From NCBI GenBank assembly GCA_029953675.1, contig JAMWBK010000004.1, positions 1,550,001 through 1,614,000 of the forward strand: a DNA stretch of 64,000 nucleotides, read 5' to 3'. This stretch comes from Rhodosorus marinus CCMP1338 (taxonomy: Eukaryota; Plantae; Rhodophyta). The notes beneath the pieces were generated by a model that saw nothing but the letters and a program-made list of their open reading frames with translations, was not told where the DNA came from and ran no database searches. How positions within the stretch are numbered: the stretch's first letter is position 1; each line of letters begins with the position of its first letter. Below, in pieces: positions 37,574 through 49,354 of the stretch. The translations under genes were made by a program, and so were the position numbers.

Positions 37574-40537
37574 CAGTCCATGAACTGTCTCCCACTCATC
37601 TCAAGCGCTGTTCAGCACACCCCGTCCCCCCAAACAAAACACACATGCCCGGTCTCATCCCAACGGGACAGACTCATTGCGAGCAGGAGTTCTCTGGCTT
37701 CTGGCCTCAAGCTTTTTCTCACTGTCTAAACATCATATCGAATGCAAAGTGAGAGAAAAGCTAAAAGCCAAACTAGGAGCCCAGCTCTCCCAGTCAAACC
37801 CCCACCACCCACCCCGATCCAACCCCGGCAGATCATAACGCCATTTTTACAAAAAGCCGTTGCAAAGAGAGGAAAACCGTTTCCCATTCTTCGAAGAGAT
37901 CCAAACGGCAGTGGGGGATGCGCTAGAAGGCAAAAAAACCCAAAAACAGGGGCTTTCCTGATAGAAAAAGAACCTTACATTTAAGAAGAGTGTTTCTCTT
38001 CAAAGACTAGTATGTATACCCAGACCTTGTGCAAACAAAGCCAACCTCTCTTCCTAAAGCCTTTCCTCGAATCCAAGCGTCTCCCCGACACCCAAAGTAA
38101 TATTCGCTACGCAACCACGCACTTGGCCAGATAAATTATTCAACAATTCCAACGTATTCGTGCAGCATAAAATATAGAAGAAAAATCGAAGAAGACTTGG
38201 AATTAATTAGTTAGAAAAGAAAATAGTTCAGTACGAGTTAGAAATATTCTTAATTTGTACTATTTTTCAATGTTGAGGTGGAAAGATTGAATAGTTCATG
38301 TTCTTGGGAGTAGATTGACGGGTGACGCAATGGCTTGACTTTGGCGGATTAGCGAGCCAAATGTGATTTGTCAGTAGCTTTGTTACTGAGTTTCTGGTTG
38401 AGAGCTCTTTGTTTTTGTTTTTTGGTTGTTACTGGATGTCGAAAAGTGGTGTGCTAGCCTGTGAGATAGGAGTTTTCGGCAGGAACGAGTATTGTCCAAA
38501 AACCAGGCGGGCTTAAGAGAGTGCATGCCGCAGACCTGGGCCATCCAAACCGATCTGTTCTGACTGGGCTCAATACTGCGGCTGCGGCACTCGGCCTCAG
38601 GTTTGTTTCCGCCTTCCGGTCTGTATGCTTCGAGAACGGTATGTTTTTGATCGGCACGGGACTGCTATACGTGAGCTTCCACGCAAAGATCAAGAGCTCC
38701 TCACTAGCAACCATCATCTCTCCAGTCTCAGACAAGGAATGAGCTCAACCCTGCGCGTACTCAGGAAGCACCATTCCAGGTCACCTCCTTGGTGATTAAT
38801 CCCGAAATATGTACAGAAGCCCTATCTAGTCTCTGGCAACATCACTCAAAAGCACAGGGGCGGGACTCAAAATAACTGAATATTCGTTCCAGCTCGCTAC
38901 TGTACGGACTGATTTGGAGACCTTGAGGGAGGAGAGGGTTACCTTTTGGTAGTCGACCAAGATCAAGCTGTTGGAACATCTCGTGTCCACTTAATGTCTA
39001 ATCTCTACGGAAGGCGCCCTGGGAGCTGGCCTGGGTGAAAACGCGACTGTTTCAATTCAGCTCCAGAAGGATTTTCGTAGAGCCACAAGCTGAGCGCTTC
39101 TAACCATGTACTTTGCCATGGACATGGACATGACCTATCTTCTAGTCAACACGCGTTGATAACTCAAATTTCCAAGAGGCTCTGTTCTTGCTCGCTGTGC
39201 TGTGGCCGAGGAACTAGCTTTGATCACCTCAGTATACGCTTAACATCAGTGTAAGACGGTCATCACGAGAACTCGCTGGTCCAGAGACAAGTTACCCCAG
39301 GATGAGGGTTTGCAACCGCGTCGCGCTGTGACCGCCGCATCTCCCAATTCCGCGTAGTGAACGGTCTCCATTTCCCTTTTCAAAAAACAACCGCGAGAAT
39401 TGTACCTTTCCTCTGGCACCAAGACGTACCGACCACGATCCATGTCAGCTGAAATCCTTGCGGTTTACCCCATTTCGCATCAGACCCGCTCCAGGTTACA
39501 TCAGCACGTACTGCCTCACCACACATGAGGCTATCATCAAGACGCGGTGCCGTATCCAATTCGACAACTTCGGGGGCGGGGAACAAAACATCAGCGCTAA
39601 TTTGGGTCTTTATAAAGGTTGATAAGAGCTCGAAGTTGTACTAAAAGGGTCAGAAGCTCTCAAATCTCGTGTCTCAGACATCCAACACCAGCCCCAAGCG
39701 TTAAGCTCCACCCGAGATCGACGAGATAGAAAAAGAGTTCGAGATTCCCCACACAGAGCAAACGTAATAAAATTTCCATATTAAAATAAAAACTCTAAGT
39801 ATTAACAAAACATTTCCAGCACGTATCCTAAAATTGTATTATTTTCAAGATTATCTCACCTGAGAAAAACTGAAATTAAAAAATATTATTCTAAAATATA
39901 TTGAATAGTATTATTTATATGAAACACATCGCCATCTCGATCGAACCCCCCAACGTCGACGAAAGCGATCGATCAACAGACAGACGGATGTAAAATTACA
40001 ATTGTACGTGAACAAAAACCAAATAAATAAATAAAACAGATATACGTATTATTATTTATCTTATTAAAATATCGTCGATTGAGGCGATACAAAACTGGGG
40101 TAAAATAAAGAATTTAGCAAATATTTATTGTAATATAGAAATTTTATAATGGTATGTCTTTTTATCTGCTTAGGGTTTTTTTTTTTGGTGGGGAGGATGA
40201 GCCTTTTCTCTCTTTTACTTTTGGAGAAAGAGGAGTTGGGGATGTGTTGGATTTTTTTAGGGTGGAGAGGGGGGAATTGGGAAGGATTACAAGGATAGAA
40301 GGACAGAGGTGAGAGTAGCAAAATTGCAGAGACTGTTATATTCTACATAAGTTTCTGGGTTAGGGGGTGAGAGGAAAAGGGGATCCGGGCGGAAGTAGTG
40401 GAGGAGACCGGGGAATTTCGGGTTGCAAGAATGGCTTGGATGAGGTGAAGCGTGTTTTGGATGGGGAACGAAGTGGGGCAGCTTCTGGAATTTTTTTTTG
40501 TTGGGTTGTTTGAAGAAATTGGTTTGTTTCTGTGACC

Positions 40538-42797
40538 ATGGGGAGTTTGGGTAGAACTGGATTTCAGGTCCAAGTTCGCGATGGGTTCGGCGTAAATTCT
40601 GGAAGTGGGCGGCTGCGGATCTGCGGCAGAGCGAGAAGCCGGGTGGGTATGGTGAAGAAGGGTGGGCGAAGGTTTCAGAGTAATCCTGTGGATTTTGGGG
40701 TGGTGGGAGTCGAGGATGAGGATGGGGATCTCTTGTTAGACGACCTCAAAGATCTGGGCGAGGAGGATGAGGAAATGGTGGAGGAAGGGGAGGAGGAGGA
40801 CGACGACGATGCGCTTGGGGACGATTTGGAGGTGATTGATTTGGGCAGTATGGATCCTGAGGAGTCGATTGAGGGAGATTCTGTCTTCGATGAGCCCAGC
40901 TTGGAGCTTCTCGGAGATGTCTTGGAAGGAGAAATCGATGACGGTGAGGGGTTCGAAGACGACGAGGATCTGATCGATATTAGTGAACAGGAAGATTCGG
41001 ATGGGGAGGATGGTAAGGGCACGCTCAGAGTCCTGATCAAAACACTTTGCCTCAATCAGCGCTCAGTGCTCAGCGCCCAGCTTCTGAAACCCCGTTTTCC
41101 ACAGAACCTCTCTCCTACATGCCCGGCATGCAACGCTTCCGATCGATCTCCCTGGACAGATTCGTAGAGGACAAAGAAGGCGGGTATATTCCAGCCATTG
41201 AGAGCGGTTTTGTTGGTGAGTTTACGAGAGTCTGGTCGGCCGCGATTCATCCAGATGCAAGATTCCGAGAGGCCAAGAACCAGTACGGCAGAGTGGGCGT
41301 GAACTTGGGATACAACTTCTCAGATTTTTTCGCGGACCCGGAAGCTGACCTCAGCGACATTCGACTGGAGGATGAGTCGATGATAAAGGTTTGCGACTGA
41401 AGTATAGTCAGCTCGTGGTGAGAGTAGCGCCTGATAAGCTCATTTTCCAACTCATATCTGAAAATTCAGGCAAAGTTGACGTACTTGGCGACCAGGTTGC
41501 CCTCGTTAAGCATCAGCACGAGCTGGGAGGTTGAAAATCCCGGAGCTCAAGGAACGCAATCATATTTTCACAGAACGATGGTTCCAGCGGATGTGGATGC
41601 GCTGGTTCAGAGACTAAAACCTCGATCGGATAAGAATCGAAAGGTTATTTTCAGGTGCATAGCCGGGTTTTTTGATGGCGAGAAGGAGGTGAGTAGATTC
41701 TGATTCTGCTTTTCAGCGAAGCACCTGCAACGTTTGTGATTACCTTTCGCGCTCTTGGACGTTGTCTCATCTTCCACTGCGATTGTCTTTCTTCTAGCTT
41801 CTGACGGAAGGAATATGCGAGGTCGCCATTCACTTCGCTTCCTCTCGGTATGCAAGTATTGCGGTGGCGAGTGCGCTTGACAATATGTTCAAGGAGCACT
41901 GGAAGAGCCTCAACCTCCAGTTCGTTGACCATGATAATGCCTCCGAATTCGACGAGGAGCTGAAAACGCAGGCCACCAGTAACAAGAGGGTCGGGGGTAC
42001 TTTGCTTAAGCAAAGAATTCTTAGAGAAGGGAAGGTACTCAACGGGGGGATCCTCAAGGTCTCTTCGTTCGTTAATCACATGGTAGGATCCAATGCTCAA
42101 CAGTGACGAGCCAGTCTTGTTTGCCATGTCGTAAGTCAGCAGTGCTTGTGAACATCTGCTCACAACCCTACTCTCTTCCAGGTTGACGTCGACCTCATGG
42201 ATATATGCGGGGAGGACCTCGCTGAGAGATTGCGTGACACAATGCCGAACAAGGTCTTAACAGTAGAGGCGACGGGCTTGATTCCTGCCTTGGCGGTTGG
42301 TAGAAAATTGAGCATCCCGGTTGTTTTCGCAAGGAAGTCGCGTCCAATTACCATCAGCGAGTCCTATCAGACCATGTATCAGAGCAAAACCAAGGGTCAG
42401 CTAAGCGAACTTATCGTCTCGAGAGAGTATCTCAACGGAGGCGACAGAGTGCTCCTCATTGACGACTTTTTGGCCGGCGGGTGAGCTCTACATGTGTTTC
42501 ATTTTATTCAGAGCCTCGGGGGGAGAACAACCCCTCATGGCCCCTTCGAGTTCTCGCTAACGGTTCTTGCTGTGCTTCTTCCTCGCCCGTTGTCACCTGA
42601 AAAATCCAAGGTCCACGTGTGAAGCACTGTTCAAACTCGCAAATATGGCCCAGGCAAGGGTTGTGGGGTTGGGAGTTTTGATTGAGAAGACGAAAGACGG
42701 AGGGAGAGCATTCCTCTCAGGGTATGACGTCCCGGTGGAATCACTGGCAAAAGTGACAATTAACGATGACAACACCTTGAGAGTAGATGACGATTGA
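40538..42797 (+). CDS. xpt: Plastid-targeted fusion: acidic region + degenerate Ham1/ITPase-like domain + xanthine phosphoribosyltransferase; 6 exons (40538-41012, 41105-41388, 41470-41688, 41798-42082, 42182-42480, 42611-42797)
   Basis: C-terminal about 190 aa match Bacillus-type Xpt (LKVSSFVNH, VLTVEATG, PVVFARK, SKTK, RVLLIDDFLAGG, GVLIEK, VESLA). All five introns are GT-AG and phase-compatible, giving one uninterrupted ORF. Confidence 0.88.
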
Positions 42798-43035
42798 TCT
42801 GACAAAGTGCAGAAAACGTTTGGAATGATAGCGCAGGTCCTGTTTTTCGTCGCCACCGCTTTCAAGGCATCCCGGATTGGCCTTGTTTCTTCGGTCACGG
42901 GAACGGCAGAAAAGTCTTAAGTTTCTCAAAATATTTACAACAACGAATAAACATAGTTGAATACACGTAAAATGCTACTCAGTCCTTCCTAGCCGTTCAG
43001 TCATCCCGCACGGGTTCCTCTTGCTCGCCCCGATC

Positions 43036-44298
43036 TCACCAAAGAACATAGTCTTTCGACCCAAACCGTTTAATCTTATTTTCAACGAAGTCCTTGGGAA
43101 CTCTCCGTAGCACCCTCTGCTGCTTCCGCATTCTTTCCTCTCTGTACTTCAGCGCCCCGGTATACATTTCCTTAATACCCTCCTTGCTGTACCAGTAGTC
43201 ATGGTGCAGTTGGAACTCCCGCTTCAAAACGTCTGCTTTTGCTTGTTCTGCTTGGCTCTCCTTAAGCTCAAAGTTCATTAGCGTCTTAAGAGAATCAAAG
43301 CCAAAGGTCTCTTCTGACGCTTTTACGATTTGATCCCAGGAATCGGACATGTCCTCGAGATCAGATTCGGGTACCTGCTCGTAAGGGGTCAACGGATTTG
43401 TTACGCTCGACCACAACAGTTTGAGAACAAAAGCAAAGCTTAGGAAATCGCGGTTACCTTCTCTCCAACGCTCAGTTTTGCTTCCCTTACGAGACGCTCC
43501 ATCATTGTCCCTAAGAACAGCTGGTTTTCGACACCAGAATTGTACCTTCCGGAACTCATCTTCACGATCTCTTTTTCCTTGTTAAACCCCCGGCCCGCGA
43601 TGAGCGCAACCGCATGCTTGGCAACGAAAGAAAGATCGCTTTCTCCAACATGATAAGTTGCAACCGCTATTCTATTTTCAGGATACCCAAGCTTTTCACC
43701 ATCATAGGAGAAGACCTTGAAAGTATCGAATTCAGTATACTTGAATACTTGAAGCAAATGCTTGGTGATTCTGGTGTATTCACTCTGTACATCCGAGTCC
43801 GTCAAGTCCTTCTCGATGTGGGGAGATTTCACGCCAGCGGTGTTCACAAAAATTAGAGACACTCGATCAGCGTTCTTGACCAAACTCTTCAAAATTTCGA
43901 ATCTAAACTAAAAGCAATACACAAAGCTTTTTTACCTTTTGATTTGCTTTTTCGACGACGCCAACTAACTGATCCAAAATACTATCAGCCACAGTTGTCG
44001 ACAACTGGGCTTCCTTCCTCATCCTCTCCTCCTCCTCCTTCTTCCTCGCCGCGATCACATTCTCGTCCATATCGTGTTCCCTCTTTTTCCTTAACGCTTC
44101 ATCTCTTTTTTTCCGTGCCAATTCCTCCTCATCCTCGTCCTCCAAGTTAAACAAATCAAACAACTCATCACCATCATCATCTCCATCTCCCTCCTTCTTT
44201 CCCCCACCTCCTCCGCTACTCACAAACCGCCTAGCTTCCCTACAACCCCTTCCAGCCATACCGTTCCATGACCGTCTTAACATCAATCTTAAAGCCAT
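43036..44298 (-). CDS. Hypothetical protein with a mitochondrial-type presequence and charged/coiled region, 3 exons
   Basis: MALRLMLRRSWNG...RRFVSS is an Arg-rich presequence. ORFs 43903-44403, 43440-43892 and 43036-43416 join through introns gttagt...tttag and gtaacc...gagcag. Confidence 0.7.
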
Positions 44299-44461
44299 AC
44301 CTCCCAATCCTCTTCTCCCGATCTTCAAAATAGAAACACTGTAATTCACCCCGGCAGCCACTCTTCTCCTCGGCCTTCCCTTTCCCCCCACGAACCGAGT
44401 CATCTATTAAATGGGTCACAACCTGATCTCATCGTGCCATCGTCCTCGCTCCTTTGCAAGA

Positions 44462-45792
44462 GTCGTCCATCAAGATTGATGACACTGTTCTGTGGGGAAA
44501 GGGGGTGGAGGGGGAGACTGGTTATCGTCGTCATCCATCGTGATTGATGTCGTCCTGTGGTGTCGCCCGTTCTCGCTGCCTCAGTGTCATCCGTCAAGAT
44601 TGAGGACATAGGTCGTGGGATTGTGTTGTTTTTTTTTGGCGGGGGGGGGTTGTCACCCATCAAGATTGATGACACCGTTCCGGGGGATTGGGATTTAGGG
44701 CTCTAGTTGTCATCCATCGTGATTGGTGACGTCCTGTGCAGTGGAATTGGCTGTCGATCTCAACCCCCGGTTCTCGGTCCCTCAGTGTCACCCATCAGGA
44801 TTGATGACGTCCGCCGTTGGATCTGGATTAGTTCGTATCCATCGTGATTGATGACTTCCTGTGGGGGAGATTGGCTGTAGAACTCATCCCCCGTCCTCGC
44901 TCCCTCAGTTTCATCCGTTAAGATTGATGACACCGTTGGGTGGGTGGGAGTTTGATGACTACTGGCAGATTTTGCCGGATCAACCCCCTTCATTGTATCG
45001 GACCGACCGAGTCGGTCGAAACTTACTTGAGTGGTACGATCAGCTGTTCGCGGCCATCAAGGAGGTGGATGGCGTGGCTGTGCAGAATGAACAGAAAGTA
45101 AGAAGCCTCAGATCGGCAGTCAAACGAGAGGGAGGAGCTCAGAGTCTACTCCTGTAAAACTCTGAGCGAAGCAGCAACCTCGATGTGGTGCGACCTGATC
45201 GTCATCAACTATGATGAGACGTCCGGGTCAAACCAGAGGTGCACAGGGTCGGTGGTCGCGCTCAGGAGGAACAATGGAAGCTGAACAGAATTGGCTATTG
45301 TCATCTCCATCGTGATTGATGGGCGTTCTGTTTGGGGGGGGGGTGAGGATGGTCAGATCCCCACCCCCGTCCTCTCTGTGTGGACTAGGGCTTGCGGGCT
45401 CTAGTTTTCATCTACCATGATTGATGACAAGGTGTGGCGGATACGGAACTGGGAGCTGCAGTCGCGATCTGTTATGATTGATGACAACGGGATCGTTCTT
45501 GGATAAATAGATTGTCGTTATCCCTGAGATGGATGACATCAGACTGTCCTCGTCCTGTTTGCTGTCATCCATCAAGATTGATGACGAAGCTTGATGACAG
45601 CCCAAGAACTCTGCCTGCGGGGTAGTTGAGATGCATGACAACGATAACCCCTCCCGTCCGATCGGTGGATACGATCAAGATCGCGACAACCAGGAGCATT
45701 TTTGGGACGGTGGCTTTGCTTTCATTTGTCAGTAAAAGGGCATCATTCTCATCCGGTCGGCTCGGTTGCTATCTTCCATCGATATTGATGAC
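44462..45792. repeat. Array of about 14 imperfect 22-bp palindromes GTCATCCATC-NN-GATTGATGAC in diverged spacers
   Basis: Copies start at 44462, 44530, 44586, 44652, 44709, 44787, 44834, 44910, ~45300, 45407, 45464, 45516, 45564 and 45771. The first eight and 45564 are close to consensus. Confidence 0.93.
44960..45290 (+). pseudogene. Possible frameshifted LTR-retrotransposon gag remnant inside the palindrome array
   Basis: LLEWYDQLFAAI...KVRSLRSAV...GAQSLL, then in the +1 frame KTLSEAATSMWCDLIVINYDETSGSNQ, resembling the copia gag 'TA..MW..L...Y...S..N' pattern. By-eye similarity only. Confidence 0.4.
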
Positions 45793-47264
45793 TTGATGGA
45801 ACCGCCCTAGGTGACTGCGGCTGTTGTATGCTGTGTTTGTGACATCGTAGGGATTGTTTAAGAAATCTCGGCTTCCGACATAAGGTAGGTAGTCTAAAGG
45901 CGCGCAACGCAAGACTAGCACTCAAGGGTCCCATACCGAAACATGGAAAACATCAGAGTTGGTCCATCAAACATGAAACGTCCCAAAAGCCATGTGTCGA
46001 TTTTACCGGGAATTGGTTGTGACCAGATCTGCTCGTGATGCGCCTCAGGTGTATAGAATCCGGTGAGACGGATTCTTACCCGACATGATTTTTCCGGTTA
46101 TTAACGAATAGATAGATCACCGTTTCAATGACTTACTGCACGGATCGGCCAGCTTTTTAGAAAACGGCGATTCCTTTTCAACTACCCGAAACCTGTATGA
46201 AGAATAAAACTGGGTGAAGGAAGAGCAGAACGTCTTCAGTGAATAACTGCCGTTTCATTCGGGTTCCGTCGCTGAAAGGCAATAAAGATTTTATCTTCTT
46301 CTAGTAACGCAGATAAAACAAGATCAAACCGTTTTCAATCCAACCAATGGTACAGCCTATCACGTCTTTAACTAAATCAATTGGCTTTTAGAAATAGAAC
46401 AAAAGAAATAATTACACGGGATTGTTTAATTATTATATAATTAATTATCAAATAGATCAGCCTGAAACGCAACGACTAATTACTGGTTACTGGTCGAACC
46501 AGAAAATACGTTTCTAAGACCTCCAAAAGATTTATTGTTTACTAAGCACGCACCTGACTAATATTATGTTAATTTCTTGACCAGTCGTATCGTTTAAAAC
46601 TAAAAACATAGAACCGATTTATAAGCCGACCTGATTTCTCTTGTTTTGGAAACAAATTCACATCATCAAGAATATTTTTCTAAAAAAATAGATTGCGCGG
46701 AGAAAGTCATTTTCCTAGTGCAGATATTTGTTATTTAGACGATACATACAGTGAAATTTTGGGTGAACATCGGATATAATTTCAGTTTTTAGAGGAAATG
46801 AGAGAACATAGTGTTTTAATGGACAGAATTTCTGGTGCGTTTTTTGGGTATCTTTCCGCCTTTTTTCGTTTTTTTCTCTTGGATCCCTTTTTTGCACATT
46901 TTGGCGTGCTCGGTTCCCGACGAACAGCAAAAGCCGCTGTGGGAGGAAGGATTTTATGTGAGCAAGGGCTAATAGACCGTTTCAAAGAATGGGAAGAAGG
47001 GTGTGTGCGTATGCCTGTGGGTAGTAGTGGTTACAAGAGTTAGCATATGGCCGTTTACTTGTTGAGAAGAGACTACATATGGACTTCTTCGAGGTTCCAG
47101 GGTGAAGAGGTATTTGGGGGCAGGCGAGGAGGATGAAAGGAACCGGCGAGTCCCCATTTTGTTGAGAAAAAAAGGCCGTTTTTAGGGATCCCTTGAAGTT
47201 TGTTGTTTTTGTTTTAGTGACCAAGAAGGGCGTGTACAAGGCGGAGGTGGGAGGGAGGTTCGGC

Positions 47265-47636
47265 ATGGAGTCCAGAAAAACAAGAGACTCATCAATGAGG
47301 CTGGTGGTGATACCGAAGAGACTGTCGAATGGTGCGCAGGAAAGGAGAAGAAGAACGCCGTCGATATTGCGGAGAAATAGCTCTCACAAAAGTAGCCGCT
47401 CTGACGGGAGCTTTGCGGATATGATGATAGAGGCGTCGAAGTTGTTGGATAGCTCCACACTGCAAGCGTCTTCCCAAGAGTTTGTACGAAACAATTCTTC
47501 AGATGCGTCACTGAATACCGTCATGAGCAGCCCTATCCACGCTGACAGCTGGAAGCAGAAAGATGACGACTCTATTCTAGCGAAAATGCGAGGAGCTATG
47601 CCAATCACACCACTGCCACGAATGGTTAGCTCGTAG
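47265..47636 (+). CDS. Small Ser/Arg-rich hypothetical protein (123 aa)
   Basis: ATG-started part of ORF 47193-47636, preceded by the G-rich leader seen at other genes; no recognised domain. Confidence 0.5.
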   Translation: MESRKTRDSSMRLVVIPKRLSNGAQERRRRTPSILRRNSSHKSSRSDGSFADMMIEASKLLDSSTLQASSQEFVRNNSSDASLNTVMSSPIHADSWKQKDDDSILAKMRGAMPITPLPRMVSS

Positions 47637-48485
47637 TGAAAAACTAACTTCCTCTGTTGAGAAGGTTTCTCATTCAGAATTCGTCAGAGTCGAGGGACCG
47701 TGCAACATTGCACATGTGATGCAGCACCCTTCCATTTCAAACGCAGCAAGTACGGCCTCGAAAAATTCTGGACAACGGATGGGAGCCATCTTGGACTAAT
47801 GTATTTTAAGCAATATAGATCATCGAACACTAAAACTTACAGGACTCGAGAACAACTGCTTTCATCGGGAGATATCCAAACGCATGTCCATAGAAAAAAT
47901 CCTCACCCGGTTCTATGACCTGCCTATCTATCTGACAGGTAGACGGGGTACTAGACCCCGAATACATAAATTGCAGGAGTTTTCAGTTCGTATAAGAAAA
48001 AGCAACTGAAAGAAGGCATAATCATTTGCTAAACATGCACGGTTAGTTCGTGTCAAGCAAACTTTGGCCCTGGTATTGGCTTGTCGGGGTTGTGAGCCTA
48101 GGCTCTACAGATGCACTACAGAGTCACCACTGACTACCGCTACCATGATCATCTCTTCTACCAATTCCCTGGAGAAGATCTAACCGTTCGGATTTCTACA
48201 TCATGCCCCAGCCGCAGTTTACACAATATTTCGGCTTTGCCGTTTTGATAGATGTCTCGACTATTCCAGACCCGGCGCTCCATTCAGAAAAACGCTGAAA
48301 AAAAGGCCTAAATCCGGAGGAAAGGGGTGGGGGGGTTGCCAAGCATCCGTCTTAAGGAGAAGCGTCCCAAACCTCCTTATATGCACGCACACTTTCAACT
48401 CAAGCACCCGCCAGTCCTATCTATACTCAAGAAGCGACCCCCAAACTCCAAGGACACGTACAATACAATAACTGGACATAAAGCG

Positions 48486-48678
48486 ACACGCGCAATAAAC
48501 TTATTGGTTTAAGTTCATCCCGAGGAACACGTGCAAGGTTTTGATTAGATTACAAAAGAAACACGTGCAATATTTTAACTGGTGCATATACAACACGTGG
48601 AATATTTTAACTGGTGAATATTGTTAAATATGACACGTGCAATATATTAAATGGTTAGTAACGAAGAATAGACACGTG
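48486..48678. promoter_or_regulatory. Cluster of five ACACGTG G-box/E-box motifs plus one degenerate copy
   Basis: CACGTG at 48528, 48562, 48594, 48634 and 48673; ACACGCG at 48486; about 410 bp upstream of the ATG at 49088. Confidence 0.7.
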
Positions 48679-49087
48679 CTCTGTTTTTATTAGCTATAGA
48701 AGTTTCCAGCGATGACGTGAAGTTGTCGTGGGAACTCGTTTAAGAGGCTCTGCCAATGTTTGGTGTTGTTGACGAGGAGGGTCTGTGGCTAGACAGAGTA
48801 AAGTAGCTTTTCGTCTGGGCAAGCGTAGGTGGATTTAAGTGAGGAAACGAAGAGGGTTAGTGCTCTTTGGATGTGAGGGAAGGATAGAAGGGGATTGGAG
48901 TAGAGAGAGGGTGGGAGGGGGAGTAAGTTGGGGAATATAGATCGGGCTGTTTTGTGAGGGCGGGGTTGGGTTTGTGTTTTGGTTTTGGAGGGAGGAGGAG
49001 GGAGAGGGGTAAACCGCATTTGGGAGGAGATCTGGGATATCGGTTGGTTTTTTTTCTTGTTTGTGGGGGACGTTGTGACGGTTAAAC

Positions 49088-49354
49088 ATGTCGTTTTTGG
49101 GGAGGTTAATGTCGTATCTTGCGAACGAAGTCGTTGTGAAGTCGCTGGCTAGCAGCCCTGCATTCCAGCGGTGGGCAGTAAAGACTAATCAGAGAATGGT
49201 GAGCAATGCTGAGCAGGCTGCTAAGATCACTCACGGATTGAAACAGCGGGCGCAGTCGGCAGACTTTCAGAATGAAGTCCGGCAGGGTTTGAAAGAGTTT
49301 GCAGATGCTGTCCGGAGGGACTTTTCGGGGGGAAGACCTCCGCGGGCGAAATAG
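49088..49354 (+). CDS. Small conserved protein (plant/algal 'NEVVV..LA.SPAFQR.AV' family, NCBP2AS2-like)
   Basis: 88-aa ATG ORF; the N-terminus LMSYLANEVVVKSLASSPAFQRWAVKT matches a small plant family from memory. Confidence 0.8.
   Translation: MSFLGRLMSYLANEVVVKSLASSPAFQRWAVKTNQRMVSNAEQAAKITHGLKQRAQSADFQNEVRQGLKEFADAVRRDFSGGRPPRAK

Noticed and set aside
44462-45792. CRISPR array
   Set aside because: Eukaryotic context, no cas genes, degenerate repeats, spacer lengths 25-56 bp, and alternate spacers are homologous to each other.
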